The notes beneath the pieces are model-generated. The model was not told the origin of the DNA. It did not search any database and saw nothing but the letters and a program-made list of their open reading frames with translations. The translations under genes were made by a program, and so were the position numbers. Source: Octopus sinensis (Eukaryota). From it: a stretch of 64,000 nt of DNA. Every line of letters starts with the position of its first letter. The first letter of the stretch is position 1. This document shows, piece by piece, positions 38,545 through 51,502 of the stretch. Location of the stretch: assembly GCF_006345805.1 (NCBI RefSeq), contig NC_043007.1, positions 37,944,001-38,008,000 on the forward strand, read 5' to 3'.

Positions 38545-40627
38545 TGTGTGTGTATATATATATAAATGGAGTTTAACGCAGGTATAATTCAAATTTATAC
38601 ATTATACAAAAAAATTTCACGTAAACCCAAAGTTTCTACCTTTAAAAACAAGGAGTTACAACCTCTTTACTTGTGTGATTTTTTGATACCCTGGTAACTA
38701 TTTATCTATTTACATATATATATATATATACATACATACATACACACAATGGGCTTCTTTCAGTTTCTATCTATCAAATTCACACACAGGGATTTGGTTG
38801 GGCCAAGACTATAATAGGAGACACTTGCCCAAGGTGCTATGTAGTGGGACTGAACCCGGAACCATGTGGTTGGGAAGCAAGCTTCTTACCACACAGCTAT
38901 ACCTGCACCTGTATATATCATCATGATCATTTAACATCCATTGTTCATGCTGGCATATGAATTGCTATGTATATAAACAATGCCAGAACAGATACTGGAG
39001 CACAATTCAGACCTTCGACCCATTGGATCCAGTCAAACTGTGCAGCCTATGCTGACATAGGACATGAATGTTAAATGATAATGATGATAACCCCACATTA
39101 CAGAAATGTTGGTTATGGAATTCAGCACTTAGAGGAACTTAAATTAGTATGACTACAAATTTCAGGTTACAACTCCTAGAGTAACTTAGGTGTAAATGCT
39201 GCCCTACAAGAAGGGCCAGAGATTCACATCTTCGTTAAATATTTCATTTTTAGAAACCAAGTAAAGAAAGAAATTTGCAAGACAGATGTAGTCCTCTAAC
39301 CCATCTAGGAGTGGGTAGTAACTCCAAATAAGAGCTGACCTGGATCATGAAGACCCATCATAATCCATACCAACAGGGGGAAGAAAACGTAAAATAATAA
39401 TGATGAAATATTTCATGTGTGTGTGTGTGTGTGTGCATGCCCATATAAGAGAGAGAGCAAGGTAACACTCATGAAAGATACTTTGTAAAAAAATGTAGTC
39501 AGCTGTCCTTTCTGGATACATTCCATTGAAAATAGTTTTGTTTCGTTTAACAATATTTCTTTTTTCAATTTCTCCTGTTTCTTTTGTGAATTTCTTTGTT
39601 ATTCTAGAGCTTGTTTACAAAATTTTCCCATATCCATTGTTATCAAGTATGTTTCAAGGACAATAAGGTGACCAGCTGTAGCTGAACTGACCTAAAAATA
39701 TCACTACAACAAACCCCGGCTCTCTCACTATCAGGGAGCGTCAACCTGTAAGAAACACCTAAATAATCCACAATGAATTCCCTACTCTCTCAAGGAATGA
39801 TATGCTGGATAATGTAGTACAGGGTACACTATTCCTAAAAATAAGACAATGTAAGGTTGAAATGTCTTTGATCATGGGTTTGTTCAGTCACAGCTGACCA
39901 AGGGCTGAACAACAACAAAGAAATTAGTAAACATAAAAAGAGTTGAAAATATATAACAAATAAAGAAAGCCATTCATTTCAGCCAAGTATTTCCATAATA
40001 TATTATTCTTTGTTATGTAGCTGTAGGAGAAATATGTAGGAAAGATTAAACAACTCTGTCAAGGATTTTGTTGACTCAAAGTAGGCTTTCTGGGGGAGTA
40101 GTGTGTGTGGGGGGAGGGTGGTTTTTTGTTTGTTTGTTTTTTTCACAGGATAACATGGTTTGTAAATAATAAGGTAAGCAATGAAGAATGCCTAGTTTTA
40201 AAGAATGATTTCTGAGGAAATGAAGAATCCATATTGTATCCACTCACAGGTAGAGTCAAGAATAAGGATGAGTTTCATTAAGATTTTAGTGTATAGACAG
40301 TTACCCAGTCCTCAAGCATTGTCTATTCATCAAATCCTAAAAGTGTTGAAAGCTAATTGTTTGGAAATTCTTGTATGCTGACGACTAGATAATTCTTTTA
40401 TTCATTAAAACCTTAAAAGTTTCAGTAACTAGTACAAGCCTGGTACATCAACTACGAAAGGATGGAAGGCAAAGTTGACTGTGCAGAGAGCGAAATCAGT
40501 AACTGAGCAAACCTATTCAAGTCTATAACAAACAACTCAGCCGGTTCACTGTCTGATATAGTAATATGAATCAGTCTACTCAGTTGAAAAGGAGAATACC
40601 AGCAAAGTATTAGTGCAGATTTCTTTC

Positions 40628-41239
40628 GGATCTTTACCTTTTGACCTACAGATTTTAAAAATAATTTTTTTAACTAAAGACTTTCAAACTTCGGACACTG
40701 GTAGAAGATGTCATATAAAATATCTTTCACTCTTAGCATTTTTGAGAAAAAACTAATATTTACGAAGTTATTTCACGTTAAAGTTCTCGTATTTCGGTAA
40801 TTTCAACCAATCAATGACGTGTATTCAGCTAAATAAAATTACTGCTGTTGTTTGTCAACAACAACTATCGGCGGTGTATATTTCGTTTGTCACTGTTATT
40901 TATGACAACCCTAACCCTAAAACCCTAACTTTAAAACCAGTACAAACGCACGAACGATGTCATAAATAACAGCGACAAACGAAAAATACACCACCGATAG
41001 TTGTTGCTGACAAAAAACGACAGTAATTATATTCAGCTGAATACACGTCATTGATTGGTTGAAATTACCGAAATACGAGAACTTTAACGTGAATAACTTC
41101 CTAAATATAAGCTTTTCTCAATATCGCTAAGAGTAAAAAGATGCTTTATATGATGACATTCTACCAGTGCCCGAAGTTTGAAAGTGTTTAGTTACAAAAA
41201 AATCATTTTTTAAATCTGTAGGTCAAAAGGTAAAGATCC
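40628..41239. mobile_element. Foldback MITE with ~280-bp TIRs and a CCCTAA-repeat centre
   Basis: GGATCTTTACC...GGTAAAGATCC ends, 8-bp TSD tttctttc/tttctttt. Second copy at 56120-56777. Confidence 0.9.
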
Positions 41240-41749
41240 TTTCTTTTTCTCCATCAAGGTTCTGCTGAGTCGTAAAAGGTGAGAAAACCAAGAAGACATG
41301 TGTTTGTTTGGAATTACATAGGTTCTCAAAATTATTAGTGAAAACATAGTACATGCTACTAATTCATACTCGTTTGCATTTATGACAAATAAGTTGTAAT
41401 CGAACAGCAAAATTCAAATACAATTGTCTAGGCCAAAATATATGTAGTTAGTCCTAAATGTTGTTGATACATTCTTGAAAAGTGAAATGATATAAAGCAA
41501 AACTAATTTTACAATATAAACAAGTTACGTTCGTACGGTATATATCCAGTCACAAAACATCAACAAACTTCTAAACAAAGTTTGAAAACGCTTCTAGAAA
41601 TAAACATCAACATATACGTGTGCTAAAAATATATTTAAGAATGATGAACTATAATTATCTACTTAAAGAAAATGCAGAAGTATAAAGATTCCATTTTAAA
41701 AGACAATTGGGAAATGAATTAAAAAAAATTGAATAACTAGTATCGTTAT

Positions 41750-41802
<53 letters not shown>

Positions 41803-43686
41803 CTGAATTGAAAACGTAAAAGTTAAAAAAGAGAAGTCAAATGAAAACAAACAAAAAGTTTGACAAGCGTACATTTTGCGAATATATATGTATATTATTT
41901 CCCATCGACGTTAAATGAAAACTGCCTATATATCATAAAAGAGGGATACTTAAACATTTTGAAACCAGTATAAAATTGTTCTCACCAAAAAATTACATTA
42001 AAAGAGTGTATTTAGTGTATTTTAAATGTATTTAAATCGCCTTTAAGGGCACCAAAACTTCAACAGGTTACATACGTTCTGTAAATAAGATCTTTATTTC
42101 TTTTTCTTAGAGCTTAAAACGCTAAATTTCAGGACAATCAGAACTGTTGATTAGAATGCGTTTATAATAATGAAGTATATATATTAAGTTTAAGAGAAAT
42201 TGACGATGCAGCAATAGCATAGCTTCGGGTGACGCTTTTAGGAGAGCGGCACTTTTGAATCTGCTGCATAAGCCTGTATAGAGAGAGGGCAGGAGCGGCA
42301 AATTCAAGGGCTGTCCCGGGCAGCACAGCTCTAGTTATGCCATTGCAATGGAGCTGGAGCGACAGACAGATTGGTACTGCCACCAGCCATCATGGCTAGT
42401 TTCTACATAGAAACTTTGACCCTCGACATAATTGACTATACGGGGAAAATTTTACAGCATTGTGTTTTTAACAGCTTCACGGATTCATAAAACAAGATGG
42501 TGTCTTAATTCATTCAAGCATTGTTGTTGTTGCAATGATAGAACACTTAAAAGAGAAAACAATGGAGTGACAGATGACTTCTTACAACGACCGCAGTCCG
42601 CAAGCAGGCCTGCTGATGGTGTCTTTGATGAATGCCACTAAATATTGGTTTTAGACAGTATATTCTCTCTGAAGCATATAAGTATTTTTAGCCTCATAAG
42701 TCATACTAATTATAAGTACAATTTGAATCTAATATATAATTTTGCCAGCCACAGGAAAAAAAAAATATGGTGATGACGCAGAGACAGAAAAGTCAAAAGG
42801 TTCCAAGACATTCAAAGGATAATCGTTGAGGTCATGTTACAAAGGGTGGGTACTAACACTAATTGTTCACTCAACTGATCACATTGTGGGCATATGTATG
42901 TACTTTTATATACGTGCTTTGAGATAGGCATCTATAAGTGTATTTATATTCGGATATTTACATTCCAAGTTCAAATCTTTCAATATTACATTTCAGCCTT
43001 TTTGGGTGTCTCGTAGTATCTGCTCCGGCTTTTTGCGTTTCGACAGTAATACTTATGGTACCCAAGTTATAATCGGCCCAAGTCGGCAGCCTTTCTCTTG
43101 GTTAAATATCAATGGTATGATGCGAAAGAGAGATATGGACAACTGCTAGTCTTCTTCAAAGTATCATACCCAGGCTTACACTCACGTAAATGTGCAGATG
43201 TTTGGTCAACCTTGACCATTGGAGGCCTGTTGCTATCTCGCTCATGTATGTGGTGGGGGACATTCACCCCACCCTGAACAATAACCTGCCAAGGACAATT
43301 ACCTCTGAGGACAAGATGATTTAAAACTTCTTAATATATTGGAGAGGGAGTAATTGACCAAGCGAGGGGGGGTAGTAATTGTCTTAGGAGGTAGTTGTCG
43401 TCTGGGGGAATTATCCTATGGGTGGGTGGGGAGTAATTGTCCTAGGGGATGTAATTATCCTGATATGGTGTGTGTAGAATATTGGGTTAAAAAAAAACTT
43501 TGTATGGAAAATATTCCATTGTGAGTTCGAGTTACTGGGATAACCTTCCTTTTTTCCATCCAAGAGTTTTTTAAAATATTCTTTCTACACGCTATTATTT
43601 ATATCTTTATCCACTCCAACGTAAAAAATATTTATTTCAATTTTCTCGAACATTTCTTATTCTTTTCATTCATTCATACATACATA

Positions 43687-44399
43687 TAGGGCCGGCTCAA
43701 GGTATCAGCAACTCGGGCAGTCGCTCGGGGCGCGAAATTTTTTTCCCACGAGAGTTCCGGACCCCAGCAATGAACTCATTTGCATACAGCCAATCAGAGC
43801 TCACCTTGGCCTTGTTGTCAAGTTAACACACTCTACCAAGTAAGCTCAAGACGAAGAACGGTGTTGTAAGTCGACCGATCGCCAAGTTATGCCTGATTTT
43901 AGAAGGGGACAAGTAATTAGATAGAGTTGCATCTATACCTATTATCGGATTTTGTTAGGGGCCCCATATGGTAAAGATGTGGATGGGGAAAATGTGGGTA
44001 GAGGATGATGTGCTAGCAACCCTCTCCCCTTACTGTTTTATAAAGTAAACAACAACACAAATAAATACGGAGAGGCAACCATGGTTGAAACAAGATCAAC
44101 AAACATTATTAAAAGAGAAAAGAAGCATGGTCATCCCTCACCCAAGTGACCTTATCTAATTGCCCATCATTTGTTATGCGTTCATAAATTAATTTGTTGA
44201 GCTCTGATTGGCTGTATGTAAATGAGTTCGTATCTAGGATCCGGAACTCTCGTGGGAAAAAAGTTTTGCGCCCGGGGTGCCATGTGCTAGGGGGCGCCAA
44301 GGAGGGTGTGACAAAAACAAAGAAATGTCCACGACTGTCATCTTGTACACGCCGAAGTTCAGCTTGCCCGGGGCACCAGCAACCCTAGGACCGACCCTG
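43687..44399. mobile_element. Non-autonomous hAT element with internal inverted repeats
   Basis: (T)AGGGCCGG...CCGACCCTG ends, 8-bp TSD CATACATA, internal inverted repeat ~43727-43802 / 44199-44273. Confidence 0.85.
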
Positions 44400-44593
44400 C
44401 ATACATATATACATACGAATGCAAATATAATCATTGGTGTGTTTGTATCCTTATGTATGTATGTATGTATGTATGTATGTATGTATACATGCATGTGAAT
44501 ATATATGGCGGTATAAGTGAGTGTATAGACGTTCGGATGTGCATGGTTATCTACAAATATTGGCATAAGTTTTAATATATATACATAGTGTTT

Positions 44594-44760
44594 CGTTACG
44601 TTCTGGGTTCAAATTCCGCCGAGGTCGACTTTGCCTTTCATCCTTTCGGGGTCGATAAATTAAGTACCAGTTACGCACTGGAGTCGATGTAATCGACTTA
44701 ATCCGTTTGTCTGTCCTTGTTTGTCTCCTCTGTGTTTAGCCCCTTGTGGGTAGTAAAGAA
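44594..44760 (+). mobile_element. SINE family C, 5'-truncated
   Basis: 19-bp TSD ATATATATACATAGTGTTT (44575-44593 and 44761-44779); matches 47234-47466. Confidence 0.9.
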
Positions 44761-44789
44761 ATATATATACATAGTGTTTTCAATTATAG

Positions 44790-45198
44790 GGAAGTGTCCT
44801 GAACTTTGGCATCGAGAGTTACGCAAATGCCAGAACTGGGCGCCACTGCGTGGTGCCTAGGACTCCAAACTTGCCATCAAGATGTAGGACAAGATTCTGT
44901 GATAGCCTGGGCTTCCGAGGCCCACAGCTCTTCAATATCCTCCCGAAGAACCTGAGAGACCTGCATGGGGTGGATGCAGATGTCTTTAAAATGAAGCTGG
45001 ATCTCTTCCTGTCAGGTGTCCCAGATGAACCAACTTCACGGCAGGAGGGGCAGATGAGGGCAGCTGCATCGAACTCTCTCATGCACCAAATGGCAGTTGC
45101 TAGAAAGCTTTCGTGAAGTGAAACCAAGTAGCAACACCAAATGGCGGTGCCCCAGCATGGCCACAGCTCATAAGCTGAAACTAGAATCAATCAATCAA
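44790..45198 (+). mobile_element. CR1/L2-group LINE, 5'-truncated 3' end with (AATC)n tail
   Basis: Open frame NFGIESYANARTGRHC..RGPQLFNILPKNLR..FKMKLDLFLSGVPDEP..SNSL. TSD TCAATTATAG at 44780-44789 and 45199-45208. Confidence 0.85.
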
Positions 45199-47176
45199 TC
45201 AATTATAGATGTCAGTATATGTATGAGCAGTCGTTTGTGTATACATATAGATGTAAGTACTTTATTTGTAGATAAAAAAAAGTAACTAAGAATGTGTGTA
45301 TGCGTGAGCGTAGATGTACTAATTTCAAATGGGATTTAAAATACACTAACAAAAGAAAAATGGTGACAGACCCTAAAAAAGATAATAAAAACATAAAGGT
45401 GATAAAAGCCCCAACCAAGAGAATGAAAATACTTGAAATACCAATTATTTACAATCGTTTAATATAATCCACGACGTACATAGCCCTTTCCTTAATCTGA
45501 ACCCACTCAACATAGCCCCAGGAGGGTGTAAGTAAAAATAGTCTTTTTTAGTTGATTGTTTGTTTGTAGTAAGGAAATACACACTCCTCGAGAACCAAGC
45601 GAAATATTTAGAGAAGATTAAGATGTAATTACGATAGGCGGCAACAACAAAATCATCAGCAACGAACTGGCGGGCAAGAGAATGTCTAGAGAAGGAAGGA
45701 TATGGGGGAAAGAAAGGGAAGATAAATTAGAAACTAGGGAAACAAGTGATGCTGTAAAACTGGTGTGGAAACCAATGTCGAGTCCCCTGATAATATACAA
45801 AAAAAAAATTATTACGGTATCATCAAGTGTCACAAAGCACAGAGAATGCGGACGGCTGTTCATTGATATAAGATAACCCACTGTTACGCATGCACATACA
45901 CACAGCTATCCCTACCACGGTTTTCCGTAATTTGTTTTTTACTTGTCTATTTTATTACTTTTTTTTTTAAACTGAAAAAGGTGTCTTGGATAATACCTAT
46001 TGGCATTGATGGCCAGTGTCGGCACCATAAAAAGAGACAGAGAGATAGAAACACAATAAAATTTATACAAGATAAATTTGTCACCTTCCTGCAAGACACA
46101 GATTAATCTTGATTTATGAATTGTTTTACAATAAGTAGCTAAATCTACCTCAACACACCTCAACATCTTTAAAACCTCCGTGGTCGCTTGACCACGGGCG
46201 TTTTAAAGATGTTGAGGTATGTTGAGGTTTCGCGCAGTCTTTTAAAAAAAGAGGGCATATTGAATATTGTGCTGGTCTCCCTGCACTTGGAGAAAGACAG
46301 GATGGTCACGGTTGAAATGCCTTTGACTGTATCGAACAAACCTGACTCGGAACTAACCAACAATTAAGAAGCTATTACGTAATTACTTGACCATTTCCTT
46401 GTAGTAGACCCCGAAATTTAAACAGTCACTCATAAAATCTTTATTATAGGCACGTAGCCTGGACAAAGAGTGGATATAACAAGGGCAGACACAACACCAC
46501 AGTGGGGACAATAAACATAAAACGAATGAGGATGAATATTATATAAAAAATGGAAAATGAAATGGCTGCATGGGCCCTTTAAACAGTAACTCATGTATTT
46601 GAAATGAACGCTCACAACGTTTTAAATCCCTAAATCTGAAACAGCTTGCCCCAACAAAATGAAGACGATTCCATTTCTAGCATGTCGCTCAACCTGCTAG
46701 GGATACTAGCCACATTTCCCTCAAATGAGAAAGAAGGGCGCATTAGATAATGCGTCCTTCAGTCCTAAATATACAATGCAGAGGTGGTCACGGTTCAACA
46801 ACGCACCATGTGGTCTAGATTATTGTGTGTGTGTGTGTATATTTAGTTACTTTCATTTGAGGAACTGAAAATTATGTCAGTAACTCCCATAAGACTATTA
46901 ATTACAGGGACCCAGCAGCACATCCAGGATGTGTGTAACAGCTGGAGGAAAGAGAGAGAAGGAGAGAGAGGGGGGTAACAAAAAGACAGGGAGAGAATTG
47001 CGTGAGCACTCGTCTGATACTTATTTAGAACTGAACAGATTGGAGCAACGAGAAACTATTAACGCAGGCGTAGCCCAGCAATTGAACTCATGAACCGAAC
47101 ACCCTTAACACAAGGCCACGAAACTCCGTATATTTATATTTTTATTTATAGCTGAGGTTACATCAGTGATATATAT

Positions 47177-47207
<31 letters not shown>

Positions 47208-47233
47208 TATAAAGGGCACAAGCAAGCAGTACC

Positions 47234-47466
47234 TATTTCTTTATTACCCACAAGGGGCTAAACACAGAGGGGACAAACAAGGACAGACATAGGTATTAAG
47301 TCGATTACATCGACCCCAGTGCGTAACTGTACTTATTTAATCGACCCCGAAAGGATGAAAGGCAAAGTCGACCTCGGCGGAATTTGAACTCAGAACGTAG
47401 CGGCAGACGAAATACCGCTAAGCATTTCGCCCGGCGTGCTAACAATTCTGCCAGCTCGCCGCCTTG
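47234..47466 (-). mobile_element. SINE family C, full length
   Basis: 13-bp TSD AGCAAGCAGTACC, tRNA-like head, central GCCTTTCATCCTTTCGGGGTCGAT..AAGTAC domain. Many other copies (e.g. ~10340-10550, 49610-49790, 53460-53673, 54455-54601, 60888-61000, 61105-61260). Confidence 0.9.
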
Positions 47467-47479
47467 AGCAAGCAGTACC

Positions 47480-47900
47480 GACATGCTGGACATAGCAGCA
47501 GCGCTGATTAACCATCAAGCAAAATACGCACGGGCTTAAGACATCAAGTGGAGGATGGAGCACCAGAGAAATGGTAAATGGCTTACGGCACAAAAGAAAT
47601 CACTTTTCACTTACTAAAATAATATTCAGGATGCCTTTATCTCTACTAAGTATAGCTACAGATGTGTTACCTAATATTAATTTTGAGGATCTGATGAAAG
47701 ACTTTGAAATTCAAAAAAGTAGGAAACTTTTCAAATATAAATAAACATTATTTTCCCGCTTACTGTTTTGTTTCGTTTAGAAAAATAAAAATTTATTTTA
47801 TGGTTTGTTATTGTTTATATTTTGAATTACATACTCTTTTATGGGGGCACCAAAATCTTTTAAGTGCTTAAGGTCTCAATAGGTCTTTAATCCGGCCCTG
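47480..47900 (+). mobile_element. hAT transposon right end with dimerization-domain remnant
   Basis: LSLLSIATDVLPNINFEDLMKDFEIQKSRKLF followed by the terminal TAATCCGGCCCTG. Confidence 0.8.
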
Positions 47901-48969
47901 CATAGCAGTCAAACTTCTTGCTAGTACCTTTAATTATTAATTGATAATTTATACCTTCAGAGGTTTTTTTACGCATGGTAAACCACTGATATTACTATAA
48001 ATAATATCCTATTATATATTTATGAATACATATATACATACACACATATGTATCCGATGATGCTTTCTAATGGAAACATAAAGAACTATAATACAAGGAG
48101 CCAACAAAAGACGTATCTCTGGCCATTCTAATTTTGCTGGAAACAGCAGCCAAATCTCCTTCAAATTGCAATCAGTTGTCATGAGAAGTGACACTCTGGG
48201 TAATCACAACAAAGACATACTTTTGTTTAAAAAAAACGGGTTGGTAGCGACTGGAATGCTTTTGATCATAGGCCTGATCCGTCAGTGCTGACCTGGCTAC
48301 AACAACAACCCCCAACAGAGTTTGACACCCCGGAAATGACATGCTTGTAATATGGTCCGATCAAAAATAGAATTGCACTACATACATCGTATACATATAC
48401 TCCTGCATGTAAGTGTTTGGCTGTTCTAGTGTTGCAACGTAGTAATTAGAAGCATTACAAGATACTACACAAAGAGTTGGCGGAGGGAACAAACTCGGCA
48501 AGCCTACATCTATCTTCTTGCATCATCACTACCACCACGACAAGCAATGCAACAGGTGTCATAGCCGACTTTGTTATTTGAAAATAACAATGATGGTAAA
48601 CAAGTTTTTGGTTAATTAAAATTGATTAATTTACTTCATTAAAGTTATCATCCAACTTTAAAAACAAAAAACGGTCGTAACCAATGAAAGTAGTTAAGCA
48701 GATTGGTTAGTAATTAATTTAAAAAAGACGAAAGTAGGAAAAAGTTTTTCGACAGCTGTCGGGAATTTCTTGTAATTAACAACACGCGTACGGAAGAACC
48801 CACAAACATCTCGATTAGGAGTAACTATGACAAGACAGCAACTATTATTATCACTATTATTATTTTTACCCATTAAAGCAAACTGAAGTGTACGCAGACA
48901 AACATACACTAACGTAAACAAAATGCAAATCACAAATTTTCGAATATTAAACTGTAAAGAACGCATATT

Positions 48970-49031
<62 letters not shown>

Positions 49032-51382
49032 GGGAATGTGTGACTATGATGTTCATGCTATTTCACTAAAAAATTCAGTTTTGTCAACGACTTCTAAGTG
49101 AAGGCAGCCAAGTGAAAACAATTCCAATAGATGAGAGGTATGTAGGTATGTGAGAGAAAGACAGGCGGAAGAAAATTATAATGCGGACTCTGGAGTGAAG
49201 GAAAATTCGGATTTATAGAATATTCACAAAGAATGAACAGTGAAGAAAGAAGAAAAAAATAAATAAACAACAGAAAATGGGTAACACTTCAACTTTTGCA
49301 AACTTTTCCATACTGAACATAACGTAAGTAAATGCTGATATAGAAAATTGATCGCGGCAGGATTTGAACACAGAATGAAAAGACGGGAGAAATACCGCAA
49401 AGCGAATTTTCGACGCTCTACCAATTCTGCCAGCTTCTGTGTGTGTTTGTGTGTATGTAAGCACACATTGTGGTTACTAAAATAGTTTAATCACAATTTC
49501 AAGTTTTACAAAGCAAGTGTAGTCTTTCTCCTTGATGTAAGAATCTGTAAATGTATTTACTAATGATTAAACATGTCTCAACCAAATGATTCCTTTTATT
49601 ATAAGCGCAACGCCTGAAATTTTAGGAGAGGGGGGCTAGTCGATTACACCAACTCCAGTGCTCAGCTGGTATTTTTTTCCATCGACCCCAACAGGAAAAA
49701 TTGTCCTCGGTGGAATTTGAACTCAGAACATAAAGACGGGCGAAACGCTGCTAAACATTTTGTCGGCCGTAATAAGTAACGATTCTACCGAATATTCAAC
49801 GAGGGAGCATTTACGGGTCGCACGCCTGGCTAAAAATGGCAGCCAAATCTTCCAACTCATATCCTACATTCTTTAAAAAAGTGTGGGAGACACAATTCCA
49901 GTAGAGATTTGGCAATTCAGTAACTCTCACTTTTTTTACTAAATATTTTTTTGTCATTCGTTAGTGTACTTCACTCTGGGCATTTGCTTGTGTTCCGTAT
50001 TAAAAAGAAATACTGATATAACTGAATTTGTTGTAAGTCTGTGTCGTTTTAACCACAGGTCAACCCTGACAGCCTTTATCGTTGTTTTGTAAATCACTAC
50101 ATACATAGTGTCTTCCTTCTTTTTTTTTTCTCTCTGAGATGAAATGCTAAAGTATTAAGTGAAATTTGGCTGATATTTCTAGCAGGTCAAGCAAACACGA
50201 CGACGCTCCCTCGTTGTGGTTATCTGTGGTGTTGTTTAGCATCGAGTCGGCTATGACTGAATAATAGATCTATGATTAAAGGTATTCCAACCATGATCAC
50301 TGCGATATTTTTTAAGTATTATGTACTTTGGACAACACTATCCTGCTTTTGTTGTTTGTTTGTTTTTTTAGAAGGGGAGGGCGTAATTTGAGCTTGTTGT
50401 GGCTGCTATTTCTAGTAGGCTAGCCTACTATATAGAGACTCCCTTTAGGTAAGCCATAACTTTTTGAAAACAGAGTTTGATAAGTATACATTAATTAATG
50501 ACTATATAATAAATATACTTTTTCAAAACAAAACTAATATCAGCTTATGTCTCTTAAGAAGATTTACAAAATTGTTAACGTTTGACTATCTCTTAAGTTT
50601 TTGGGGTTTTTTTCGACATAACCAAAATATCTCTGACACGCGATTAAAAGTATTAATTTAAAAAAAAAATATTTTTAATAGATTATATTTTCAACATGGG
50701 ACTTCGAGGGACAGCTACTTCAAATCTACGCCCTAAAATGTATCTGAACGCGTGAGTTTTAATCGATGATCTTAATGAGTTTTATTTATTATTTTAATAG
50801 ACATACTGGTTTCGTTTTGTAGCACTTGTTGTTTACTAACTCTAAACTTCACGAAAGTTAATATTGTTTATTTGAATGGCCTTTAAGTTACTGACGCCAA
50901 ACCTGCATGGTATTTACTTACACTTGATTTTAGTTATGATGAAAGAAAAAAAAAAAAGCTTATACATTATTCAAAGAAAAGGCGATTCATCTTGATAAAA
51001 GTTTTCGTCACAGGATAAACTTTATAGAAAAGAGGAAATATACATGTGGTCGATTAAATCGACCGCAACCAACTATGATTCCTGACATAGCGGTACACTA
51101 CACGTTTTGCGGGGAGGTACATTATCGATTAAATGAATTCCGACACTTCACTTGTGCTTCTTTCATCGAAACCGGAAGGATGAAAGGCAAAGTCGACCTC
51201 GACGACATTTGAACCCATATGTAAAAAAGCTGCCAAACTGAATAAAAACCGCAGGGTATATAGCTAATCCCATTGCTCTGTACATCCATATCAAGTAACA
51301 GCATTTCAAACACAACCACTACCGGCATAAAACATACAAAATATAAGTGGAAAAAGAAAACAGCGTTCACTGTATCACTCAC

Positions 51383-51502
51383 CTCTATCCAACGTTGTGT
51401 TTCGTGTAATGCCATCTCAGTAAAAAATTCCATTTCTTCCTCAGACCTGTACTTAAGATCCCAATGTGTATCTTCCCCCGGGTCACTTTGTTCATCCGCC
51501 AT
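51383..51502 (-). CDS. First coding exon (40 codons, phase 0) of a calponin-homology-domain protein, likely LMO7/LIMCH1-like
   Basis: Kozak-like AAAA-ATG-G. MADEQSDPGEDTHWDLKYRSEEEMEFFTEMALHETQRWIE ends exactly at GAG|GTGAGT. ALHETQRWIE resembles the first CH helix AFxEAQ(K/R)W(I/V)E, recalled from memory. No downstream exon was recognised in the window. Confidence 0.7.

Noticed and set aside
38614-38680. Possible decayed minus-strand hammerhead
   Set aside because: The core reads GTAAAGA and stem II does not pair; too degenerate to call.
51122-51382. C-terminal 86 aa of ORF 51122..51502
   Set aside because: Read-through past a consensus GT donor into intron and SINE sequence.
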